64,000 nt of DNA from Callorhinchus milii (Eukaryota): contig NW_024704742.1 of the NCBI RefSeq assembly GCF_018977255.1, positions 130,822,001 to 130,886,000 of the forward strand, read 5' to 3'. The translations under genes and the position numbers were made by a program. How positions within the stretch are numbered: position 1 is the first letter of the stretch; every line of letters begins with the position of its first letter. Below the pieces are notes generated by a model. That model had not been told where the DNA came from. It was given only the letters and a program-made list of their open reading frames with translations, and searched no databases. Of this stretch, positions 37,301-48,670 are shown one piece after another.

Positions 37301-39244
37301 CCATCTGTGTGTAAAGTGTTTTTCTTTCCCCTAATGCGTATCTGCTAGCAATTGATTTTTTTCTTCTGTAATGAACTACTTACCTAAATGAACATTTGTC
37401 AGTCCCCTTCATAATCTCGAGAATGTCATCTAGTCTCCTTTTACAACGGGTGAACAAACTTCTCCTCGTAACTGAAATACGTATTGCAGGAATCATCTTG
37501 ACTAGTGCTACTGCATTATGCTACTTCCGTAATGAGAGGATGTGATCCATCTAGGGGACAAATGTGTGCTGCCCATAGTAATTGCCGCCTCCACAGTTGC
37601 TCCACAAAACTGCTTATTGTCCAGTGTCCTGGAACATCTTTCCAACATAACGGATGTAATTTGCTGTTGTTGTTTCTGTTGCTGTCTCTTGAGCAAGTAT
37701 TTGTTGTGGCCCTTTCATGGGTTGTGGTGGGCGTCCATTCATCTTATGGTGAACTAGTGCATTGGTTCTCAAACAAATTTTTTGGGGTGACCTTTTGTAA
37801 TCAGCCTCATTTCTCTCCCCCCCCTCCCCCCCCAGCCTCAGCCCCACCTGCCTGCCCTCACACACTGTACCGCACATGTAGTCCTGTCGCCCCCTCCGTA
37901 GCAGTGGGGCCAACAAGCGCTCAGACTACAAGGACTGACCGGCATTCGCTATGCTGCACACATGCACACTCTATCCTCCCCCAACCCCCACTGTGGCTGC
38001 ACAAAATCACGTGGGTTGCTGCATTTGAAACACTAAAAATATGCAGTTTTCTCATGTGTTGAGCCTCTAGTGTTCAGACTGCAGGCCATAGTAGCTGAGA
38101 CTGACCTGGTCCAGCTATTTGACTGTTGGTGGGAAGGGCATTAGAAAATTGCTAACAGTTAGCCCTCAGCAAACGCATATGGATGGTTAATTTTCTGAAG
38201 CACCCTCATAATTGTTCAGTAGGCAAGTAAAGGCTTTTCATGCCATTGGGTTTACAGAACATTGTAATCGCAGAGTACACTTAGCTTGAGGGGAAAAAGA
38301 TTTTCATTAGGGAGATATTCATCTGATTTTTGTTTGATACTTTGGGAAGATCATGTTAGCAATTTCTGATATCTTGTAGTTCCAGTACACTGGTTCACTT
38401 TAAACTGCTTGTCTATAATACACCAAAGATAATAGGAGAATAGCAGTCAATATTCTGATGCTGGAGTCAATATTCAGTGTATGCGGTTTCCTTCTGTTAT
38501 TGACTGTTTTAACCTGATAGTTTTGTGCAGGAGTAGGAACAACATTTCTGAATGACGGGAATGTACGCCTGTTTTTTCCGCAAAAGATTTTTCCACTGTC
38601 TGTACGTGTCCGTAAGTGATATTGTCCAAGTAGTTATTCATTTTTTCCAAAAATTGCGCACAAATTGATAGATTTCCTCAGAGAAGCAGCATGCTATAGA
38701 TGTTACTTACATAGAATCTTCAACACTGAAACAGGCCATTTGGCCCAATTTATCTCTGATGAGGCCCCCGCCCGTCCAAATCCCTGCACTGAAACTAATT
38801 TGTTGAAATAAGAATGTCAATTAGTGCATGAAGTTGTCAGGGCAGTAATGTGAACCTGGACAATAAGTGATGGTGGGCTAATTGTTAGTCTGGCCTCTAA
38901 ACTGAAGCATCTCAGTGGTGAGAGCCACAGTATCTTCCAAAAGGAATAGCCGGAGAACAAAGAATAGGTAACAATTAATATATTCAGCTCACAGCCAATT
39001 CTATTTCCTCTTTCCCCTCCCTCTCCTCCCCCTCCCCGAAAAGCTAATTCTGCCATTGTATCTGACATCATTAACTAATCTGCCTTACACCATGGGGTTG
39101 CTGAAAACCTGATAATTGGGGTAATATTGCAATTCTTGTGGTAAGAGTATTTTTGATGAAATAGATGATTCTTTTCTTCCAATACATGTAGCAGAAAGCA
39201 CGCATTGAAGCAACACATTTTGGAAATTCATGGCAGGATCCTAA

Positions 39245-39493
<249 letters not shown>

Positions 39494-41717
39494 TAGTGTG
39501 GCCAAATTGAGCAATGTGGACAGTTAGCCTTGTTACATCTTGCAGCGCAGATTTCTAACTTGAGTCTTTTCAAGGTGTTGGAAGCAGGCAGTAAGGTTAT
39601 CTGTGCTGTCTCAATCCTACATGAACGCAAATGAGAGTGTATTAACGAACATTTTCTAACACTTTAGAAGAAGTTCAAACTTCAGTCACCCTTTTTATCT
39701 AATTGGTATATCCTAATCCTGCAGGTTTTCCAGTATTGCCATTCATGTTCATGTAGTTTGTGTAGATATTATGTCGAGGTTCTATTCTTCGTAATGTTAC
39801 ACTTGTTAATGATGCAAGTTGCTAGTGCTCAAAATGTAAATATTTGTTTCTAGTTCAAGTTATTGTAGGTTTCGTTTATTCGAAAGCTACAGCTTGTTAT
39901 TCATTGCATGGATTTTTTGTTTGAGTGGAGGAATTGTTCATCACCAACTATTACTATATAAATTACTGTTGGGTGTCAGCCTGCCTCACTTGGTAGCACT
40001 CTCATCTCCAGTTCAGGAGGTTATGGATTGAAGACCCACTTTGGGCATTTGAACTCTGTCGAGACTGACATTCCAGTACTGTCCTTCAGATGAGGTGTTA
40101 ATTAAGGTCCTGTCTTCCTGTTCAGGTGTATGTTAAAGATCCCATGGCATTATTTGAAAGGAGTTTCTCTCCTTTCAATTCCCCCAGATAAAACTGGTCA
40201 TTTATTTCATGGCTGTTTGTTGGATATTGGTGTGTGCAAATTGGCTGCCTATGAAATACAGTCCCTAAATATATGGAAATCCCTTGAAGCACTTTGAATC
40301 ATCTTTCCAATAATGAAAGGCTATATCGAATGCAACAATTATTATTTCTAGTTAAAAGAATTTATTGCAGCAACGATTGCATCTTTCTTGTGTGGGTGAT
40401 ACTTCGGTTGCTAGATCAAATATTGTGTTCTTGGCGTTGTATCTCAGGTGAATTCCGGAGAAGAGGCAGAGTCTAAGGATATGTGAAGTGTATTGATTGT
40501 AAGCTTGGTTCCTCCATTTAAAGAGCAGTTTTCTCTTGAGCAATTTACACTTATGCACAGTGAAACTTTCATTTAATAGACCATTTGGGAAATGTGCTTT
40601 CATTTTCCCCCCCATTTTATTGATCGTCTACTAAAATTTTCTCTTTTTTAAAAAAAACAGAAAGCACTTAAGACTGAAATTTGTTCATGTTTCTACATAT
40701 GCAGATGATTTCTGGGTTACCAACAGTAATTATTTTGCACAACTGAGAACTCCATCATGCATTAACTATCAGCCTCGCTGTCAATGACTCCTTGGGATTC
40801 AGTTGACTGTTATAAGCTTGATGGTTCTTGACAATAGCTGAATGGCAAGATGCAATTTCTCCCCTGTAATCAAATCTGCACACAGCGAACTTTTTAAAAT
40901 GGGCTTAATTTTATTTGTACTGGACATAAAAATATTGATTACGCATTTTTTTTCTTGATCACATTAAAAGTAGGTAAATTCTTTTCCCTCTAGTCATTTT
41001 AGATCGGAACGTCCTTACAGTTGTGCAGTAACTCGGGAATTCATTTTTCTTTTACAGTGCGTCTCAGTTGGTAGTATTCCGACTCGGGGAATAGGGAGGC
41101 AGTGGAATATATGTGAACTCTCGGGCCCTCTCCTCGTTCGGCTCCCCATCCTACAGCAAATTGAATTCAAGATCCATGTCCTCTTTCAAATGTCTCCATG
41201 GCCTTGTCCCACCTTAACTCTGTGTCCTCCTACGATTGTCCTGTCTCGGTCGCTCCCTCCACACAGCAAATATTGGCCTGGCTCCTGTCCCATGTTTGAT
41301 CCAACTCGCCATTGGTGAGTGGGTTTTCTTCCCTCACTTTCTGGAATTCCATCCCAGAATATTGCCCCCTGCTTCCCTGTTTTCAAAACTCACCTTGACC
41401 TATATTTTTGGCCATAGTTTTGGCCACTTTTCTCCCATCTGGCCCCTTTCCCAGCTTCCTCAACTCCTCCAACTCTGGCTCCTAGTGAGTTGTGTGAAAC
41501 ATTTAGAGATGTGCTTGTATATCCCTGCACAGATGTAAATTGTAATCCTTGTCTTTGGATCAGAAGATCCTGAGCACAAGCTTAAGTTTATACTACTAAT
41601 CATGTACTGGAGCATTAGCTTTAGTTATGGGGTTGAACGCAAGAACCTTGTTACAGTAGCTATCTTGTCACTGTTCAAAAAGGTATTTGTTCCTTGATCC
41701 TGCTAATGTTCCATATT

Positions 41718-42030
41718 GTGGAGTCCTGTAGCTCAGTGGTTAGAGCACTCGCCTTGCAAGCGAGACACCTGGGTTCAATTCCAGGCAGGGCAAAACCTTG
41801 GGCAAGTTTCCTTACTCCACACGCCTGATAATAATCCCTCCAAAATAAAACAATAATGAATTGGTCATTTTCAATCCACGACTGTTTGTGGGACGCTGCT
41901 GTGCGCAATTGGCTGCCGGTTTCGCCCACAACTATACAGTCAATTCACTTTACAGTCTATTCTGTGAAGTGCTTTGAGATGTCGAGAAGACGTGAAAAGC
42001 GCTATATCAAATGCAAGGATTATTATTATA
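41718..42030 (+). mobile_element. SINE copy (short variant)
   Basis: Full head-core-tail match to the family. Confidence 0.92.
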
Positions 42031-42782
42031 TTAATTGGTGGAACCTTGCAGCAGCAACAGCAGCAGCAAATATCTATTTCCCATCAATTGGTCACTGCAC
42101 TTGACAACAAATGTTGGTGACTGTCAAGCCTAGCTCAGTTGGAAATACTTTCGCCTCTGAGTCAGAAGGTTGTAGCTTCAAGTTTCACTTTGGGATTTGA
42201 ATTTGCATAGCCTAAGTTGATACTCCGATGTTAGTGCTGAGGGTGCACTTTATTGTTGGTGGTGCCATCCTTCAGATGAGACATTAAAACCTTCTGCCTG
42301 TTCAAGGCGGCATTAAAGATTCCATTGGCACTACTCAAAGAGACGAGAGTTTCTTTCAGTGTCCTGGCCAACAATCCCACAGATAAAATTGGTTGTTCAC
42401 TCCATGGCTGATTGTGAGCTATTACTGTGTGCAAATTGTATTTGTCTATAAAATACACAAGTCACAAATTAAAAATGCGGTGAGATGTTTCAGTGTGATA
42501 CGGTCCTATCATCAAATGTCAGGATTCTCATCGTCTGTGTTTGAATTCCATGTGGAGTTGGTATAGAACACAATAGTGTTGTCATCCTTTGGAATAATGC
42601 TGACCCTTGTTTTTAGTTTTCTGTATATAAAATGTGATTATGGAGATGGGAAGTCTTTGTGCATATTCTTTTAATTTGTCTCCAAAGAACATATAATGGT
42701 AATTTTAATTACTTTTTTGAGACTATTTAAATGGAAATTAATTGGAAAAGAAAAGAAGGCATATCTGAGACTTTCATGCAGA

Positions 42783-42801
42783 TGACCTGCAGAGGGCAGT
42801 A
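42783..42801 (+). promoter_or_regulatory. CTCF-like binding motif
   Basis: TGACCTGCAGAGGGCAGTA closely matches the CTCF core consensus; lies in non-repeat intronic DNA. Confidence 0.55.
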
Positions 42802-43809
42802 GTCACCAATCTTTGCAGCCTTGTATGGTAATAGGACTGCACTTTTTACCTGCCATATTCCTTAATATATTTTTCAATCACAACTTCAGGAAGAGTTTTC
42901 CACATTCTGGGGAATCATAAATTATGTAGTAGTAACTGATATTTTATGAACCATAGATTTTGGAGCTAAAACTAATGCCTTTCTTTGCTTGATGTGTTCT
43001 TTCCTGAACTGGAGAGAATTTCTGGTTGTGCCTTTTGTTCTTGTATCTGCAATGTTGGAGGAGGAACTATCCATAATGTTGGTAGGGTTAGTGTTTGCTT
43101 AGAGACAGTGCTTGCTGAGAGACTAGAAGATCATTTCACATCTGCAATAACCTTTGTTTGATTGAACTGTTTATTCTGACTGCACTTGAGAGACAAACAT
43201 GACTGTGTTGTGGGATGTCCTTGAAATAAGGTGTCAGTCCAACTGTGGAAAACCACATTTTTATATTCAGTTCACAGCTTTTCTAACATAATTTGCACCC
43301 CTATTGAATTGAGGACTGGTTTTGATTTAGCTCTCATAGTTTATTTTACTCTGGCTTTTTAGATCAAATTATTAACCTCCGTCAAATGCTTTTGAGTCTA
43401 GATTGACTTGAGAGACGTGCCCTGAGACATCCTTCTGACATAAAGGGCACTATATCAGTTGCAAAGGAGTAATATTATTTACTGTAAAATGTAGTGAATA
43501 TGTATTTTGTAGGCAGACTATAATTACTACTTGACAAAATGTAAAAGTAAAATACTACATAGATTCAGTTCCTGGCTCTCAATACTTTTTTATTTTAAAC
43601 TCCCCACTTCTTGTAAATCAATTTAATGTTATTTTATAAATCTCAATGTGAAATTTCTTTGCACCATTTATAATTTAAAGCTTGGGTAGTGCACTATGAT
43701 TTGTAAAAATCCATTTTCATTCAGGTTTAACTTCCAGTTATTGAAATGGCTTTCTTTTTTTTAAAAAAAGGGAAACTGCATTTTTTTTGAGTTTCAAAGG
43801 AAATTACAA

Positions 43810-44172
43810 GTGTCCTGTAGTGTATTGGTTAGAGCACTCGCCTCACAAGCGAGAGGACCCGGTATTGATTACTGGCCAGGGTGAAACCTTATGCAATTTT
43901 CCTTGCTCCACCCTCTGTTTACCTGGCTGTAAGTAGGAACCTGGTTTTAGTTGATTGGTGGATCGCTTTGGGGGGATTTAATCCCTCCAAAAAAAAAAAT
44001 TATTTGGTCACTCAATCCACGACTGTTTGTGGGATGCTGCTGTGCGCAATTGGCTGCCACGTTTTGCCCACAAAATATACAGTCAATTCACTTTACAGTA
44101 TATTCTGTGAAGTACTTTGAGACGTGTTGACAATGCGATAAGGTGCTATATCAAATACACAAGTTACTATTA
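43810..44172 (+). mobile_element. SINE copy (long variant) ending ~45 nt upstream of the U12 branch point
   Basis: Head, core and tail match the family. Confidence 0.85.
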
Positions 44173-44237
44173 CGTCCAGGTAAATCTTGAGTAGTTCAAC
44201 TTTTCCCTTTGTTAAATTTTCTTGACTCATTTTGCAC

Positions 44238-44356
44238 CCTTGCAGCAGCAGTATACGGAATGCCAAGAACTCTTAAGCGTTTACCAGAAATATCTATCTG
44301 AGCAGCAAGAGAAACTTAATCGATCCTTAACAGAGTACAGCAGCCCAAATCGGAAG
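44238..44356 (+). CDS. KIAA1328: KIAA1328 exon 6 (gene continues beyond the window)
   Basis: (A)LQQQYTECQELLSVYQKYLSEQQEKLNRSLTEYSSPNRK|gtaagt; 119 nt; no further hinderin exon recognised up to 64000. Confidence 0.95.
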
Positions 44357-44798
44357 GTAAGTCTTTTAACTTGCCAGGTCAGTGACATTGTAAGGGGCAG
44401 TATTGATGTGTCAATTTAATGCGGTGTTTACACTTCCTCTGACAGAAGATCAACTTACTTTATTAAATCCTTGTCAGAACAAGCAGTCTGATGATGTACT
44501 GTGGCACCAATGGGTGGTGCCAGGGCATGGATGAGATGCAAGTTTCTGTTTTTCCCCTTGTTTTTGAGTTTCTAATCTCAGCTGGACTGCTTTGGGAAGG
44601 GAAAATGTGAATAGCATTCCAGCATTCATGCCACTTGGACTGGGTTCAAGTGGCATTAATGAAAGCCTGGTTGCAGTTTAGCACCAGGATGAATGTTGCC
44701 TGGGAAACCAAGGGAACTGGGAGATAGATAAACTTCTACCTTTTTTACAAAGTCTTTTAAGAACGTTATATTGATTAAAAATAGAATTGGTGTTCTCA

Positions 44799-45993
44799 AA
44801 ACAACAACAAAATTAGATTTGTATAGCGCTTTTCATGTCCGGAGAACGTCCCAAGGCGCTGAACAGAGTTTTGAACCTGAGGTCGGGGTCGGGGAGGGTG
44901 GAGGGCAGGGGGGAAAGCAGGGACATTGAAAGCACGGTTGAAGAGGAGGGAAGGGAAGGACTTACGGAAGGTGGGGGCAGAGTGATAGAAGGCCCGCCCG
45001 CCAATAGTGGGGCGAGCGAGGCAGGGGATGTGAAGCAGGCCGGAGCCCGCTGAGCTGAGGGAGCAAGCACGATGGTAGGGGGTTAGGAGGTCGCAGAGGT
45101 AGGGGGGAGCAAGACCACGGAGGGCTTTGAAGGTGAGGACCAGGATCTTGAACTGTATCCTCTTGTGTGATGGGAAGCCAGTGGAGTCGAGTGAGGATAG
45201 GGGTGATGGAGCCGAATGCGGAAGAGGACGTGGGCTGCAGAGTTCTGGATGATCTGCAGCTTACGGAGGGAGGAGATGGGGAGGCCGACAAGCAATGAGT
45301 TTGCATAATCGAGTCTCGAGATAATGAAACCACGTATGAGGGTTTTGATGGCCTGCGGTGTGAGACAGTGTCGGAGCCGGGCGATGTTGCGGAAGTGGGG
45401 GAAGGCAGAGAGGGTCAAGGCACAGATGGGGTAGAAAGGGTAGTTGAGGGTCAAACGGCGCCAAGGTTCCGGACTGGTTTAGTAAAGTGGAGTGTGCAAT
45501 CAACGATGGTGATGCCGTCAGCGCCTGAGGTGAGGAGGCGCTGACGGGAGCCAATCAGGAGGGCCTCGGTCTTGTTGATGTTCAACTGAAGAAAGTTAGC
45601 TCTCATTCAGGATTCGATGTCAGACAGACATTCTGTCAGGACAGCAGTGGTCCTGGAGTCAAGGGTGGAGGCAGAGAGATAGAGTTAGGTGTCATCCGCA
45701 TACATGTGGAAGTTGACCTCATGTCTGTGGATGATGTCACCAAGAAGGAGCATATAGATATTGAAGAGGAGGGGACCAAGGACAGAGCCCTAAGGAACAC
45801 CATACAAGACGGTCCGGGGGCTAGAAGAGAATCCGTTTGTGGAGGTGAAGTGGAGGCGATGTGAGAGGTACGACCTGAACCAGTCAAGGACAGAGCCATG
45901 AAGGTTGAGGTGAGAGGAGAGGCGGTAGATGAGGATAGAGTGGTTGACGGTGTCGAAGGCAGCAGAGAGAACGAGAAAGCAGCGGGAGCCCTG
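44799..45993 (-). mobile_element. L2 fragment (RT to 3' tail)
   Basis: [20 protein letters not shown] and tail. Confidence 0.92.
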
Positions 45994-47635
45994 CAAAATT
46001 CCTGCGTCTAATAGCATAATAAGCAAATTGTGATAAACTTTTAATGAGTTTATATAACATGAGGGCAAAATTGCTGGTTGCCATTATGTGTAGTGACTTT
46101 AGCAATGCACATTATAATTATAATGGGGAGAGGGTGAAAATACCATTAGAGGCCAACCTGGTCAACTACATGTCACACCACCTAGTGTTTTTGCCTCTCT
46201 GATGAAGTGTTTTGCTCTTGACAGAAATGACAGGAGTAATATATTTTCCAAGTAAGGGTCAACTAACAAATGTACTTTGTAGACACAAATGTTATTCTTG
46301 TAAATTCAGTTGAATATCACACATTTTCATTAAAAAAATTATAGAATGATTGGTGATGCCTTCAGTGTAAAATTAAATGTGCTTTCGTAGCTGTAAAATG
46401 CATGCTTTTATTGTGTGTTGGGCCATAAGTTTTCCACATGGCAAATATTTTTTATTCCCCTAATTTTCTGTGGCACGTTTCAGGTGTGATGTTCTACAAA
46501 GGTAGTGTGCAATAAAACATACCTTTCAGTTAGGTGTGATCACTTTCAGTCAGAGTCACTTTTAGTTAAATGTGATCAAAAATGGCACATTTGCAAGGAG
46601 AATGACTGCAACATCTGCTGCATTATAGATTCCTTTTAGATGAATTCCTGGAACAACAGTGATTCAATGTTTACAGCATGCTGGGAATCTGTTTAACGTG
46701 GAAACAGGGCTGGATATAGATTGCTTCATATCACTGAATAGAATAAGTGAAAACTGACTTCACTGATGCACTTAAAATTACAAGTATACAACACAACTCA
46801 TCTGTTTGTCAGAACTGAGCAGTATTTAATGTATGTGGAGACTGCAACTTTTAATTGAATGCTGCCCTGAATTTGCCGCTGTGCTTGGAATTGGATTCTG
46901 AACAATTGAAATATATGCCCCTTTCCTTATTTATGGAATATTACATATTGTTTCCCAGCTGCTTTTGTATTTTAAGAAAAATTGTATGTAAACATGTACA
47001 TATAGGAGGCTGGAAAAATATTCCCAACATTCATTTTAATCATTAAAGTTTGAATCAAGATTTAAAAATTTGTTAAATTACAAATTGGTTTGAGGTTTGG
47101 CTTTGTTGAGGTTGTTAATTCTGTTAGAATTGAATCTGTTGCAATGACATGATTGTATAAAATATATTTGCCAGTCAAAGCTGTAATTTAAGCCTTGAAA
47201 ATTTACTTTTAGAATTTATTTTATGAGTATAAGGAAAATAGTTTCAATGCAAGTATTCCCCTGGCAATGTTTTTAAAAAATGGTTAAAATGATATTTGAT
47301 TGGTACTGAATAATAGTATAATAATAATCTTTACATTTGATATAGTGCCTTATCACTATATCATTTATATTTATATTTGAATGTTCCCAGTTCAAATTAC
47401 TGTTGAAGATGTTTTATCATCTCTAATTTTCCATGTAGCTGCCCGCTGATGGATCCTGTAGCTAATGCCAGCTCCATAATAAATCTGGTGGCCTGAAATG
47501 GCAGGTCTCCATGGAGGTTTACATTTCCTACAAGTTTGGAGAATGCTTTCCAATTTGTTTCTTGGTGTTCGTTGTTCCTATTTGGGTCCGAGTTAACATC
47601 TTTACTGATTTATTTTAATGAACGTTAATCCAATT

Positions 47636-48670
47636 TTAGAAGATTAAGGGGAGATTTAAAAGAGGTGTTCAAAATTATGAGAGGTTTTGATAGAATAAAT
47701 AGGGAGAAACTGTTTGCTGTGGCTGTTGGGTCGGTAACCAGAGGACACAGATTTAAGATAATTGGCAAAACAACAGCAAAATTACATTTGTATAACGCCT
47801 TTCACATTGGGAGAACGTCCCAAGGTGCTGGACAATCAGTGTTTTGGGCCCAAGCTGGGGGTCGGGATCAGGAAGGGTGGAGGGCAGGGGGGGGAAGGAG
47901 AGTTGACTAAAGGCACAGTTGAAGAGAAGGGTTTTGAGATGGGTCTTGAAAGAGGTAAGGGAGGGTGGGAGGGAGCAGGCAGGTTGGTAGGGGGTTAGGA
48001 GGTCGCAGGGGTAGGGGGGATCAAGGCCATGGAGAGCTTTGAAGGTGAGGACCAGGATCTTGAACTGTATCGTCTATGTGATGGGAAGCAGGTGGAGTTG
48101 GGCGAGGATGGAGGTGATAAGGTCACATGCTTGGTAAGGGAGAGGACATGGTCTAAAGAGTTCTGATGATCTGCAGCCTGTAGAGGGAGGAGTTGGGGTG
48201 GCTGACAAGCAGGGAGTTTGCATAGTCGAGCCTGGATGATATGAATGTGTGTATGAAGGTTTTGGCTGCCTATGATCTGATACAGTGGCGGAGCAGGTAA
48301 TGTTGCGGAGGTGGGGGATGGCAGAGCGGGTCATGGCACGGATGTGGGGTAGAAAGGATAGTTGAGGGTCAAATAAGATGCCAAGGTTCCAGACTGGCTT
48401 AGTAAGATGGAGAAAAAAAACAGAGGGGGGATGAGGAGAATTTTTTCTTACCCAGTGTGTTGTTACAATCTGGAATGCACTGTCTGAAAGAATGGTGGAA
48501 GTAGATTTGACAGTAGCTTTCAAAAGAGAATTGGATAGAAATGTAAAATGGAAAAATTTGTAGGGCTAAGTGGTAAGAGTGAGGGAGTGGAACTAGTTGG
48601 TAGCTGTTTCAAAGAGCAGGCACGATGGGCCGAATGGCCTCCTTCTGTGCTGAAAGATTGTATGAATTTA
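47636..48670 (+). mobile_element. CR1 3' end interrupted by an L2 fragment (-, 47768-48412)
   Basis: FKIMRGFDRINREKLF...TRGHRFKI, then L2, then CR1 resumes (FFTQ-like segment, GGCCGAATGGCCT tail). Confidence 0.88.

Noticed and set aside
38755..38800. CTGATGA...GAAA hammerhead-like words
   Set aside because: No pairing for stems I, II or III
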